Assembly: GCF_020745735.1 (NCBI RefSeq)
Contig: NC_083435.1
Location: forward strand, 26,473,231-26,537,230
Length of the DNA: 64,000 bases
DNA from: Hemiscyllium ocellatum
Lineage: Eukaryota
Direction: 5' to 3'
In this document: piece after piece, positions 23,020 through 36,146 of the stretch
How positions within the stretch are numbered: position 1 is the stretch's first letter
Layout of the letters: each line of letters opens with the position of its first letter
Made by a program: the position numbers and the translations under genes
Notes under the pieces: generated by a model
Told to the model about the DNA's origin: nothing
The model's input: only the letters and a program-made list of their open reading frames with translations
Databases searched by the model: none

Positions 23020-23277
23020 TTGCCCCCATTGTGTCCTTTATCCATCTGGATGACTCTAACCGACTGTCCTGTCTTGTCACTGGGTTTTACCCACAAGCCA
23101 TTGAGGTGACTCTGTGGAGGGACGGAGTGTTGATCGATGAGACCCTGTCCACAGGGATCTTACTCAATCACGACAAGACCTATCAGGTCCGAAAATGGTT
23201 TGATCCGGAGGATCAGGCCGAGTATTCCTGTCAGGTGAAGCATAGCGGGCTGCAGGAGAAGCTGGTGGTGATTTATG
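23020..23277 (+). pseudogene. MHC class I locus 1, alpha3 (C1-set Ig) exon
   Basis: LSCLVTGFYPQAIEVTLWRDG...YSCQVKHSGL. The acceptor is mutated (CAA at 23017-23019 where the paralogs have AG); 6-nt in-frame deletion; donor GTAAG intact. Confidence 0.9.
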
Positions 23278-23939
23278 GTAAGACTGATTCTCACTGTCAG
23301 AGAGGAACCAGACTCAGACCAGGGAGGGTCAGTGCTGTGCTGCTTGACCAGGACAAACCAGGGTAGAGAGAGGGACAATATTAATTGTCAATATACCAAA
23401 ATGCTCATGTGATTTATAGACGATAAGAACAGAGATACTGCTTGGCATATCCTGGGATATTACAGCATACTTCTTGTGTAATTCTGATTATTCATACCAT
23501 AGATTGCGTTTGGTTGGAATCTTCCCTGTCACCACTTACAAATCAGAAAGGGGTCAAAAACTAACCTGTGAAAAGAAGACTAATGGATGGTGTATGGTTA
23601 ATTCTTTCAAATGTTAAAGGGTTTTTGTCGAGTAGATGCTGAGACAGTGATTCCTTCTGTTTGGAAGAGAATAAGTTGAAGTTAATGGTTTGAGGGATCT
23701 TCTAAGAAATCCATTTGAAAATTGCAAAAGAGGTCACCCAAAGAGAAATGAGAACATGGAAGTCACTGCTGCAGGAAGTGTTTGAAGTGAATACCGGAGA
23801 TGTATTCAAGGGAAAATGGGAAGGGAATCGAGTGAATGAATATAGACTCAGGTGAGAAACGATGGGGGAAGATTTGAGGGCATTGTAAGTAGGGAATGTG
23901 CAGGCTGATTGGTCTGGCTTTGTGCACTATGTGATATCC

Positions 23940-26128
23940 TCATTCTCTCAGTCTCTCTGTCTCTCTCTCTCTAATTCCCTATGGTTATTTCTCATTCTCA
24001 TTCATTCCATGATTTTCTCATTCACTGTCTCACTATTATTCTCTCACTCTTATTCTCTCTCTCGCACAGTGTTTCTCTCATTCACTTTTTCTCAATTTTT
24101 TTCTCTCACTTTTTCTCTTTCTCTCATGGGTTCTTTTTTCTTTCCCTTTGTCTCTCACTCTTTTTCTTTCTCTTTTTCTCTCATTCTCTCTCTCTCTTAT
24201 TCTCTCTCTTACTTTTACTCGCTCTCACTTACTCTGTCTCTCTCACACATTTACTAGAACATAGAAGATAGAACAGACAGCACAATACAGGCCCTTCCGC
24301 CCTTGATGTTTTGCTGATCTTTTATCTTACTCTAAAGATCAAACTAACCTACATACCCTTCATTTTACCATCAGCCATGTGTCACTTAAATGTCCCTAAT
24401 GTATCTGACTCTACTACCACTGCTGGCAGTGCATTCCACTCACCCACCACTCTCTGTGTAAAGAAACTGCCTACATCTCCCCTAAACCTTTCTCCAATCA
24501 CCTTAAAATTATGCCCCCTCATAGAAGCCATTTCTGTCCTGGGAAAAAGTCTTTGGCGATCCACTCTATCTATGCCTCTCATTATCTTGTACACCTCTAT
24601 CAAGTCACCTCTCATCCAACCTTGCTTCAATGGGAAAAGCCCTAGATCCCTCAACCTTTCTTCGTAAGAAATACCCTCTAGTCCAGGCAAATCTCCTGGT
24701 AAATCTCCTGGTAAATCTCCTCAGCATCCTCTTTAAAGCTTCCACATCCTTCCTATAATGACGTGACCAGAAGTGAACACAATATTCCAAGTGTGGTCTG
24801 ACCAGGGCTTCATAGAGCTGCAGCATGACTACATGACTCTTAAACTCAATCCCCTTGCTAGTGAAAGCCAACACACCATATGCCTTCTTAACAATTCCAT
24901 CAAATTGGGTGGCGATTTTGAGGGGGCTATGGATATGAACCCCAAGCTCCCTCTGTTCCTCCACACTGCCAAAAATCCTGCCTTTAACCCTGTAATATGC
25001 ATTTAAATTCCACCTTGCAAAATGAATCACTTTACACTTTTCCAGATTGAAATCCATTTGCCACTTCTCAGCCCAGCTCTGCATCCTGTCAATAGCCCAT
25101 TGGAACCTAAAACAGCCCTTCACACTATCCTTAACTCCACCAACCTTTGTGTCATCAGCAAACTTCCTAACCTACCCTTCCACTTCCTCATCCAAATCAT
25201 TTATAAAACTCAAGAAGAGCAGAGGTCCCAGAACAGATCCCCGCGGAACACCACTGGTCACCAAGCTCCAGGCTGAATACTTTACATCTACTACCACCCT
25301 CTGTCTTCTGTGGGCCAGCCAATTCTGTATCCAGACAGCCAGATTTCCCTGCATCCCATGCCTCCTTACTTTCTGAATGAGACTACCATGGGAACCTTAT
25401 CAAACTTGCAAGAATCCGCATCCACTGCTCTACCTTCACCAATGTGTTTTGTCACATACTCAAAGAATTCAATAAAGAATGTGACGCTTGACCTGCCCCT
25501 CACAAAGCCGTGCTGACTATCTATAATCAAACTATGCATTTCCAAATAATCATAAATCCTGCCTCTCAGAATCCTTTCCAACAATTTGCCCACCTCTGAT
25601 GTAAGACTGACTGGTTGATGATTCCAGGGTTATCCCTATTCCTTTTCTTGAACCTTCACCACTCGCCACACTCTTATTCTCTCACGCTCTCCTATTCTCA
25701 CACATTCTCTTATTCTCTGTCTTTCTCACTCTCTTATTTTGTCTCTCTCCCTCTCTCATTCTCTCTCGCTTTCTTTCTTATTCTCACACATTTCTCTTTG
25801 CTCTCTCACGCGCCCTCTCTCCTCACGCTGTCTCTCAATCTCTTATTTGCTCTATCACTATCTCTCTCTTGCTCCCTTTCACACACTTATTCTGTTGCTT
25901 TCTGTGTCTCTCACATCTTATTTTCTCTCGCGCTTTCTGTCTCTCACTCTTATTCTCTCTCTCTCATTCATTCTCTCACACACTGTTATTCTCTTACACT
26001 CATTCTCTCTCTCAAACTCAATTCTCTGCCTCGCACCCATTCTCTCTATTGCACTCATTCTCTCTCATACTCAATCTCTCTCGTGCCCTCTTATTCTGTC
26101 TCACCCATTCTCTCTTTTGTCCACTTAT

Positions 26129-26166
<38 letters not shown>

Positions 26167-26225
26167 CCTCACCACTCAGTCTCTTGTTCTTTCCCAGTCT
26201 CTAATAGTCTCTCGATCTCTCATTG
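23940..26225. repeat. Long CT-rich low-complexity tract upstream of the TM exon, split by a CR1 insertion (24256-25640)
   Basis: CT-rich at 23940-24250 and 25660-26225. Shorter equivalents precede the TM exons at 45490-45630 and 59710-59930. Confidence 0.75.
24256..25640 (-). mobile_element. CR1-type LINE (RT domain to 3' end, decayed)
   Basis: ORFs include [48 protein letters not shown] and the C-terminus. Confidence 0.9.
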
Positions 26226-26234
26226 TCTTTGCAG

Positions 26235-26339
26235 GATCAAAGCATCAACTGCAGATTCCTGGTATTACCTCTATTGTACTTGGAGTTCTCGGGATCCTCC
26301 TCGTTCTCACCAACTTTGTTTTGATCTACAGAAAGAGAG
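26235..26339 (+). pseudogene. MHC class I locus 1, transmembrane exon
   Basis: tttgcag acceptor; GSKHQLQIPGITSIVLGVLGILLVLTNFVLIYRKR; 105 nt like the paralog TM exons; GT donor. Confidence 0.8.
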
Positions 26340-27394
26340 GTAGGAACAGATAAATTTCAGAGTGGTACGGCCCCTGGGTTGTCGCACATGGAGACGTTGA
26401 GGTCTCAGGTTTACTTGGAGGTGGTTAGAGTGGCCGAACCTCTGCGTTTTGGGGGACAGTTCTCAGGCTCAGAGTCTGGGTGGAGGCTGTCAATTTGGAG
26501 AGGAATGGGCCAAAGTGGGGACCTGTTCCTCAGAGGCTCAGCCAGCAATCACAGACTCAGACTGTGAACATCAGGCCCCCACAAAGGTGGGGGAGCCCAG
26601 AGAGTGAGGTGGAGGGTAAGTCCCCTGAATGTGGATATTCATACTGAGGAGTTTCTCAGGTCAGGGCTGGGCTGTGGGTTTTGGCTGCAGATAGGAATAT
26701 ACGTCTTGAGTCGTTTTTGAGAGTGCAGGTCTTGGGTCAGTGTTGGCAGTGGTTCAGTGTTGGGAGAGAGGGGTATAAGGTGAGGGAGGTTGAATCCTTC
26801 TCTTTTTCACTTGGACTTCCATCCATTTACACTCTTCACTAAAAATTCTCAGTTTTTTAAACAGAGAGAATGGAAATCATCCACCATTCTACAACAGTAA
26901 GCTAATCATCAAAATTCTCTGTGTTTGCTGTTTTTTGATACATTCAGTACCGAATTATTGTGTGTGTTTGTGTATGCAGACGCATCTCTTACTTCTCTCT
27001 GTCTCTATATCTGTCTCTGTGCATTCGTATCACAAATTTTCATTCTGTGTTATTGTTGTGTGGATATTTCTCTCTGCTTGTGCCTTTGGTTGTCACATAC
27101 TCTGAATCTGTCTCTCTGAGAATGAAGTCTTTTTATTACCTCTTCTGCAAAAAACACATCCTGAGCCAATTCTGCCAATACCTGAGGTATGAATAGAATT
27201 GATCCAGTTTGGAGCATATCATTGTAACTGCCATATTGGAGCTGGTGTTTACTGTACAATTTGGAGGGTGGCCTCTGACCTCAGTCCCTCCCTCCCTCCT
27301 TCTCTCTTTCTCTCTCTCCCCCTATCCATTGCCCTCCCCCTCCCACACTACCTCCCCCCCCCCTCTCCTTCCCCTGTGTGATCACTGTTTGGAA

Positions 27395-28855
27395 TTTGAG
27401 TGAGGGGTTTTGCTATTGTTTGGAGAGTGGGTCTGAGGGGATTTGCTGGTCTTTGGGGAGTATGTCTGAGGGGACTTGCTGGTCTTTAGAAAGTGGGTCT
27501 GAGGGGTTTTGCTGGTGTTTGGGAAGTGAGTCTAAGGGGATTTGCTGGTATTTCATGAGTGGGTCTGAGGGGATTTGCTGAGGTTTGGAGAGTGGATCTG
27601 AGGGGTTTTGCTGGTGTTTGGGAAGTGGGTCTGAGGGGATTTGTGGTGTTTGGGGAGTGAGTCTGTGGGGTGTTGCTGGTGTTTGGTGAGTGGGTCTGAG
27701 GGAATTTGCTTGTGTTTGGAGAGTGGGTCTGAGGGGTTTTGCTGGTGTTAGGGAAGAGGGTCTGAGGGGACTTGCTGGTGTTTGGGGAGAGGGTCTGAGG
27801 GATTTGCTGGTGTTTGGGAAGAGGGTCTGAGGGGACTTGCTGGTGTTTGGGGAGAGGGTCTGAGGGATTTGCTGGTGTTTGGGAGTAATTCTGAGGGGGG
27901 TTTTGCTGGTGTTTGGGAAGGGGGTCTGAGGGGATTTGCTGGTGTTTGGGAAGTGAGTCTAAGGGGATTTGCTGGTATTTCGTGAGTGGATCTGAGGGGA
28001 TTTGCTGGTGTTTGGAGAGTGGATCTGAGGGGATTTGCTGGTCTTTGGGGAGTAGGTCTGAGGGGACTTGCTGGTGTTTGAGGAGTGAGTCCGAGGGGAT
28101 TTGCTGGTGTTAGGGGAGTGTGTCTGAGGGGGTTTGTGCTGGTGTTTTGGAAGTGGGTGTGAGGGGATTTGCTGGTGTTTGGGGAGAGGGTCTGAGGAGT
28201 TTGCTGGTATTTGGGGAGTGGGTCTGAGGAGGTTTTTGCTGGTGTTTTGGAGAGTGGGTCTGAGGCGATTTGCTTGTGTTTGGGCAGTGAGTCAGAGGGG
28301 ATTTGCTGTTTTTTGCCGAATGGATCTGAGGAGACTTGTGGGTTTTGGGGAATGAGTCTGAGGCATTTTGCTGATGTTTGGGGAGCAAGTCTGAGGGGAT
28401 TTGCTAGTGCTTCGTGAGTGGGTCTGAGGGATTTGTTGGTGTTTGGGGAATGGGTCTGAGGGGATTCGCTGATGTTTGGGTGTGGGTCTGAAGGATATTA
28501 CTGATGATTGTTGAGTGGGTCTGTGGGGACTTGCTGGTGTTTTGGGAGTGAGCCTGAGGAATGTTGCTGGTGTTAGGCGAGTGAGTCTGAGGAGTTTTGC
28601 TGGTGTTTGGGGAGTGGGTCCGAGGGATTTTGCTGGTGTTTGGGGAGTGGGTCTGAGCGGATTTGCTGGTGTTTGGGAGTGGGTCTGAGGGATTTTGTTG
28701 GTGTTTGGGGGGTGAGTCTGAGGGATTTTGCTGGTGTTTGGGGAGTGGGTCTGAGGGGTTTTGCTGGTGTTTGGGGAGTGGGTCTGAGGGGTTTTGCTGG
28801 TGTTTGGGGAGTGGGTCTGAGGGGTTTTGCTGGTGTTTGGGGAGTGGGTCTGAGA
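27395..28855 (+). repeat. 33-bp G/T-rich minisatellite (CTGAGGGGATTTGCTGGTGTTTGGGGAGTGGGT)n
   Basis: About 44 units; 11-aa periodic ORFs (GSGSEGFCWCL). Confidence 0.9.
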
Positions 28856-29835
28856 TTTTTTTGATGCAGTTTCAGATTCTGTTTGATGCATCTTATTATT
28901 GACGCTTGTGGTTGAGGTGCTGCCCCTGCTGTTTCCTTACTCTATAACTCTGTATTTCTTTCCCTTTCCCAGTTGCCTCAGTGACCCATCTTGGAATCCA
29001 GGGATGTTTTTTCCTGAGATTTAAGGAATATGGGAATCTTGGATGGTTGTTTCTTTAAGGTGGAGAAAGTGAAAACTGCAGATGTTGGAGATCATAGTCT
29101 TTCTGATGAGGGGCTTATGCCCGAAACATCGCTTCTCCTGCACTTCAGATGCTGACCTGACTGGCAGTGCTTTCCCAGCTCCACACTCTCGATTATTTTT
29201 GTCTCTTTAACCTGTTTTCACTCAGATTCTGAGACATGAGTACTTGGGACCAGTGTTTGCAATACGACTTTGCTGAATGACTCATGTTTTCTTAAAAAAA
29301 ATATACTTTTTGAAATAAATGTGGCTGATGGAACATTTTGTTTTATTGCGAACTAATGTGGATGAGTTATGCAATTGGCAGGATTTCAAAGGGACACGGT
29401 CAGGGAGTATTTCAGTTCGGCTCATCGAATGCCGGATAATTGAGGTTCCTCTGTTATACCACTTCAAGAAATGCTATGGAGTTCCTATGAGGGAGAGAGG
29501 CTGACAGTGCAGTCTTCTAGCCTCAGTCATAGTACCCTGTCAAAATCTATCAATCTTAAGTCTTAAACATATACAGCCCTCTGTGATACTGAATTCCAAA
29601 GATTCACTACCCTCTGAATGAAGAAGTTTCTCCTCACCTCTGTCCTAAATGGCCTGTCCCTGATTCAAAGACTTTGTTATTAAGGTAATTGGAGTCAGTT
29701 GTTGAAACCAAGATATGTACACTTCTCTTTTGTACAGAGTCTTTGTCATTCATGTCTGCTCCCTAACAATATATGCTCTGACATTTAAACACCACTGCCT
29801 GCTTTCTGTAAACTAAAAGAACTTCGACAATGAGG

Positions 29836-31720
29836 TATAAATCGAGAGAACTGCGGATGCTGTAAATCAGATGCAGAGGTTTCTGGAAAAGCTCAGCAGC
29901 TCTGCCAGCTCTTCTGCCAGTGAAGAGAGATCAAAGTTAATGTTTCAGGTCAGGAGACCCTTTCTCAGAACCCATGGTAGTTGGGTTATAAGCAGAAGAT
30001 AGGGTGGGGAGGGATAAGGAGTAAATGATAGGTGGGAATAGAGGCTAGACAGAGAGAACATTGGAGTTCTTAATGATATGACTGGGAGGGTGAAGAGCGG
30101 TTAATGGAGACTGTTCGTGGCTAGTCATAGGTAGTGTTTAATGGCAGACAGTCGTAACAAAGACTGGTGTGTGTGGTCGGGGGTTAGGACATGGGGGAGT
30201 TCAGGCCCTAAAATTATTGAACTCAAAACTGAGTCTAGATGGCTGCAGGGCCCAAGTGGAAAGCGAGCTGCTATTCTTCCAGCTTGCACTGAGCTTCACT
30301 GGAGGACTGCAGCAGGCCTGAGACAGAGGCGTTGGGCAGGGAACGGGATGGTGTGTTAAACTGGCACATAACAAAGCTCAGGATCTTCTCCGTGGGCAGA
30401 ACGTAATGTTCTGCAAAGCGGTCACCCAGGTTATGCTTCATTTTTCCCAACGTAGATGAGATCACTTTGTGAGCAGCGAATGCAGGAGACTAAATTGTGT
30501 GAAATACAGGTAAAGCTGTGCTTCACATGGAAGTTGAGAGTGTGGTGCTGGAAAAGCCCAGCCAGTCAGGCAGTATTCGAGGAGCAGGAGATGAAGAGCT
30601 TCTGCTCAAAACGTCGATTCGCTTGCTCCTCGGATGCTGCCTGACTTGTTGTGCTTTTCCAGCGCTAGTCTCTCGATTCTGATCTCCAGCATCTGCAGTC
30701 CCCACTTTCTCCTGCTTCACCTGGAAAGTGTGTTTGCCCCTTGGATACTGAGAAGGGAGGCAGTAAATGGGCAGGTGTTACACCTTCAGCACCTGTAGGC
30801 GAAGATGCTGTGGGGGATGTGTTGGGAATGAAGGAAGAGTGGACCAGGGTGTCCCAGAGGGAATGGTCCCTGCGGAAGACAGGCAAGGGAGAGGAGGGGA
30901 ATATGGGTCCGGTGGTGGCATCTTGCTGGAGGTGGCGGAAGTGGGGGCTGATGATCTTCTGGATGGCAATGCTGATGGGATGTTGGGTAAGGACAAGGGG
31001 AACCCTATCATTGTTGTGAGAGGGGAGAGAGGGGATGAGGGCAAACGTGTGGGAGATGGGTCAGACCCAGTTGAGGGCCCTGTTGATGACGGTGCTGGGG
31101 AATCCTTGGTGAAAGACGAACATGGACATTACTGAGGCTCCCTTGTCGAAGTTGGCATCACCAGAACATATGCGACGGAGATAGAGGAACTGAGAGAACG
31201 GAATGGACAGGGTATGAGGATGGATAGCCCAGATAGCTGAGGGTGTCAGTGGGTTTATAATGGATATTAGTGGACAGTCTATCTTCAGGAATGGAAATAG
31301 ATGTCGAGAAAGGAAAGGGAGGAGTCAGGGCTACGTTGGAAGTGAAATCAATGAACTTTTCAATTTCAGATGAGAGAGGGAAGCAGCACCGATGATATCA
31401 TTGATATATCAGAGAAAGACTTGTGGGTGGAGCCAAAGTAGGACTGGAACAAGGAATGTTCCACATACCTCACAAAGAGACAAGTATAACTGGGACATGT
31501 GCGGTGACCCACAGCCACCCCTCTGGCCTGAAGAAAGGGAGAGGAGTTAAAAGAGAAGCTGTTGAAAGTGAGGACAAGCCTGGCCAAGCAGAGTATAGTG
31601 GAGGTGAGTGGGGACAGTTTAAGCCTGCACTTTCCAGGAAGAAGTGGAGAGCCCTGAGACCATTCTGGTGGGAGGGTGATGTGTAAAGGGATTGCACATC
31701 CATGGGAAAGTGGAGGCGGC
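29836..31720 (-). mobile_element. Decayed Penelope-like fragments (RT and GIY-YIG pieces, several termini)
   Basis: ORF 31366-31587 (QARGVAVG...PSYTCLFVRYVEHSLFQSY) is homologous to the PLE RT at 33696. Terminal repeats lie at 29836-29985 and 30540-30720. Confidence 0.7.
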
Positions 31721-33240
31721 TGGAGCCTGCGAACCGGAAACTGGTGTAAAACGCCAGAGGAATTGCTGGATCATTCCTTGTTCCAGTCCTATTCTAACCC
31801 CCTCCCACAACTCTCCAATATTTCCCTTCCAGTTCCAATCCCGCCCTCACTTTCCCTGGAGATTACTGTTCATGAACCAAACCTACAATGTCATTGAGTG
31901 TGATATTCCTTTCTATCAGTGATGGGCTGGACAATCCCAGCAGCTGTATTCACCTTTGTTATGGAGGAACTGGCTGAGAGCTTGGATGGAAACATGCTCA
32001 AAAGCTGGCTTTCTCCGGTGGGAGTGTGATCATCCTGCTTCTAGGCCAACCATCTGACATTCGTGGTAACACCAACTGTTGCACTGATTTACAGAACAAT
32101 AAGCAAAAATGCCAGCCTGACAATGAAAGACACCATCTCTGCACTGTTCTCCTACAGAATATCCTGGACAGAGAACACTCCTGCCTGACATTCCTAAAGG
32201 GTTTCCCTTTCCAGCGGGTAACAGAATCACTACTGAAGCTGCAGATACTGTGTGTACAGTTCATGAGCCACCTGGTGGGCTCAAGGAGAACAGCCACCGG
32301 TGGATACAACAAGGGAGCGTGGAGCAGCAAAGAAAGTAACTGTGCACCCTGTGCCTGCCCTGAGTCATAGAGATGTACAGCATGGAAACAGACCCTTCGG
32401 TCCAACCTGTCCAAGCCAACCAGATATCCCAACCCAATCTAGTCTCACCTGCCAGCACCCGGCCCATATCCCTCCAAACCCTTCCTATTCATATACCCAT
32501 CCAAATGCCTCTTAAATGTTACAACTGTATCAGCCTTCACCGCACCCTCTGGCAGCTCATTCCATACATGTACCACCCTCTGCGTGAAAAAGTTGCTCCT
32601 TAGGTCTCTTTTGTATCTTTCCCCTCTCACCCTAAACCTATGCCCTCTAGTTCTGGACTCCCCCACCCCAGGGAAAAGACTTTGTCTATTTGTCCTATCC
32701 ATGCCCCTCATAATTTTGTAAACCTCTATAAGGTCACCCCTCAGCCTATGATGCTCCAGGGAAAACAGCCCCAGCTTGTTCAGCCTTTCTCTATAGCTCA
32801 AATCCTCCAACCCTGGCAACATCCTTGTAAATCTTTTCTGAACCCTTTCAAGTTTCACAACATCTTTCCAATAGGAAGGAGACCAGAATTGCACTCAATA
32901 TTCCAACAGTGGCCTAACTAATGTCCTGTACAGCTGCAATATGACCTCCCAACTCCTGTACTCAATACTCTGACCAATAAAGAAAAGCATACCATATGCC
33001 TTCTTCACTATCCTATCTACCTGCGACTCCGCTTTCAAGGAGCTATGAACCTGCACTTCACGGTCTCTTTGTTCAGCAACACTCCCTAGGAACTTACCAT
33101 TAACTGTATAAGTCCTGCTAAGATTTGTTTTCCCAAAATGCAGTACGTCGCATTTATCTGAATTAAACTCCATCTGCCACTTGTCAGCCCATTGGCTCAT
33201 CTGGTCCAGATCCTGTTGTAATCTGAGGTAACCCTCTTTG

Positions 33241-35153
33241 CTTATCTTCACCAAGGACATCCAGTCCCTGTACCTCCAACCTCATAGTCCCACAACCCCG
33301 CATCACCCCTTTCTACCTCCTGCCCAAAATCCACAAACCTGACTGCCCCGGCCGACCTATTGTCTCAGCCTGCTGCTGCCCCACCGAACTCATTTCTGCA
33401 TACCTCGACACAGTCCTGTCCCTCTTAGTCCAAGAATTTCCCACCTACGTTCGGGCCACCACCCACGCCCTCCACCTTCTCCATGATTTTCGCTTCCCCG
33501 TTCCCCAATGCCTTATCTTCACCATGGACATACACCTTCATCCCCCATCACGAAGGACTCAAAACCTTCTTCCTTTCCCGCCGTACCAACTAGGACCCTT
33601 CCACTGACACCCTCCTTCGACTGACTGAACTGGTCCTCACTCTGAAAAACTTCTCTTTCCAATCCTTCCACTTCCTCCAAACCAAAGGAGTAGCCATGGG
33701 CACCCGGATGGGCCCCAGCTATGCCTGCCTCTTCATAGGATATGTGGAACAGTCCATCTTCCGCAGCTACACTGGCACCACCCCGCACCTTTTCCTCCGC
33801 TACATCGATGACTGTATCGGAGCTGCCTCGTGCTCCCATGAGGAGATTGAACAGTTCATCCGCTTTATCAACACCTTCCAGCCCGACCTCAAATTTACCT
33901 GGACCGTCTCAGACTCCTCCCTCCCTCTCCATTTCTATCTCAGACAACCGAATCAACACGGACATTTACTATAAACTGACCGACTCCCACATCTACCTAG
34001 ACTACATCTCCTCCCACCCTGCCCCCTGTAAAAACGCCATCGCATACTCCTTCGTCTCCACCACATCTGCTCCCAGGAGGACCAGTTTCAATACCGAACA
34101 ACCCAGATGGCCTCCTTCTTCAAAGACCGCAATTTCCCTCCAGACATGATCGATGATGCTCTCCACCGCATCTCCTCCACTTCCCGCTCCTCCGCCCTTG
34201 AGCCCTGCGCCTGCAATCGCCACCAGGACAGAACCCCACTGGTCCTCACCTACCACCCCACCAACCTCCATATACATCGTATCTTCCATCGTCATTTCCG
34301 CCACCTCCAAACGGACCCCATCACCAGGGATATATTTCCCTCCCCTCCCCTATCAGCGTTCTGAAAAGACCACTCCCTCCGTGACTCCCTCGTCAGGTCC
34401 ACACACCCCCACCAATCCAACCGCCACTCCCAGTACCTTCCCTTGCAACCGCAAGAAATGCAAAACTTGCGCCCACACCTCCCCCTTACGTGCCTCCAAG
34501 GCCCCAAGGGATCCTTCCATATCCGCTACAAATTCACCTGCACCTCCACACACATCATTTACTGCATCCACTGCATCCGATGTGGCCTCCTCTATATTGG
34601 GGAGACTGGCCGCCTACTTGCGAAACGTTTCAGAGAACACCTCTGGGACACCCAGACCAACCAACCCAACCACCCTGTGGCTCAACACTACAATCCCCCT
34701 CCCATTCCACCAAGGACATGCAGGTCCTTGGACTCCTCCATCGCCAGACATAGCAACATGACGGCTGGAGGAAGAGCGCCTCATCTTCTGCCTAGGAACC
34801 CTCCAACCACAAGGGATGAACTCAGATTTCTCCAGTTTCCTCATTTCCCCTCCCCCCCACCTTGTCTCAGTCCCAACCCTCGAACTCAGCACCACCTTCC
34901 TAACCTGCAATCTTCTTCCTGACCTCTCCGCCCCCACCCCTACTCCAGCCTATCACCCTCACCTTAACCTCCTTCCACCTATCGCACTTCCAATGCCCCT
35001 CCCCCAAGTCCCTCCTCCCTACCTTTTATCTTAGCCTGCTTGGCACACTCTCCTCATTCCTGAAGAAGTGCTCATGCCCAAAACGTCGATTCTCCTGCTC
35101 CTTGGATGCTGCCTGACCTGCTGCACTTTTCCAGCAACACACTTTCAGCTCTA
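33241..35153 (+). mobile_element. Penelope-like element (family A), RT plus GIY-YIG, frameshifted
   Basis: RT motif MGTRMGPSYACLF...FLRYIDDCIG (33696-33974) and GIY-YIG (34443-34922). The terminal hammerhead has GAAA mutated to AAAA. Confidence 0.9.
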
Positions 35154-36146
35154 ACCTCCAATTTTGGTGTCATCTGCAAACTTACTAACTGTACCTCTTA
35201 TGCTCGCATCCAAATCATTTATGTAAATGAAAAAAGTAGAGGGCCCAGCACCCACCTTTGGCACTCCACTGGTCACAAGCCTCTAGTCTGAAAAACTGGT
35301 CCACCACCACCCTCTGTCTTCTACCTTTGAGCCAGTTCTGTATCCAAATGGCTAGTTCTCCCTGTATTCCATGAGATCTAACCTTGCTAATCAGTTTCCC
35401 ATGGGGAACCTTGTTGAACGCCTTACTGAAGTCCATATAGATCACATCTACTGCTCTGACCTCATCAATCTTCTTTGTTACTTCTTCAAAAAACTCAGTC
35501 AAGTTTGTGAGACATGATTTCCCACCCACAAAGCCATGTTGACTATCCCGAATCAGTCCTTGCCTTTCCAAATACATGTACATCCTGTCCCTCAGGATTC
35601 TTTCCAACAACTTGCCCACCACTGAGGTCAGGCTCACCGGTCTATAGTTCCCTGGCTTGTCTTTACCGCCTTTCTTAAACAGTGGCAGCACGTTAACCAA
35701 CCTCCAGTCTTCCGACACCTCACCTGTGACAATTGATGATACAGATATTTCAGCAAGAGGCCCAGCAATCATTTCTCTAGCTTCCCACAGAGTTCTCAGG
35801 TACACATGATCAAGTCATGGGAATTTATCCACCTTTAACCGGTTCAAGACATCCAGCACTTCCTCCTCTGTAATCTGGACATTTTGCAAGAATTCACCAT
35901 CTATTTTCCTACAGTCTATATCTTCCATATCCTTTTCCACAGTAAATACTGATGCAAAATATTCATTTAGTATCTCCCCCATTTTCTGTGGCTCCAGACA
36001 AAGGCCGCCTTGCTGAACTCTGATGGGCCTATTCTTTCCCTAGTTACCCTTTTGTCCTTAATATATTTGTAAAAATCCTTTGAATTCTCCTAAATTCTAT
36101 TTGGCAAAGCTATCTCATGTCCCCGTTTTGCCCTCCTGATTTCCCT

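Noticed and set aside
21182-23080. 445-aa and 266-aa Pro/Ser/His-rich (mucin/extensin-like) ORFs
   Set aside because: They are antisense translations of the donor-derived minisatellite and GA-rich tract.
25615-26353. Very hydrophobic 204-242-aa ORFs resembling multi-pass membrane proteins
   Set aside because: They are CT-rich low-complexity DNA; only 26235-26339 has splice sites and paralog support.
21207-28855. G-rich intronic arrays as Ig switch-like regions
   Set aside because: They lack dense AGCT/WGCW motifs and lie in an MHC pseudogene, with no Ig exons nearby.
27378-28902. Cys/Trp/Gly-repeat ORFs
   Set aside because: Translation of the 33-bp G/T satellite.
28974-29059. Candidate cytoplasmic exon for locus 1 after ttcccag
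   Set aside because: The position is plausible, but the translation shows no convincing similarity to the locus 2/3 candidates; not supportable.
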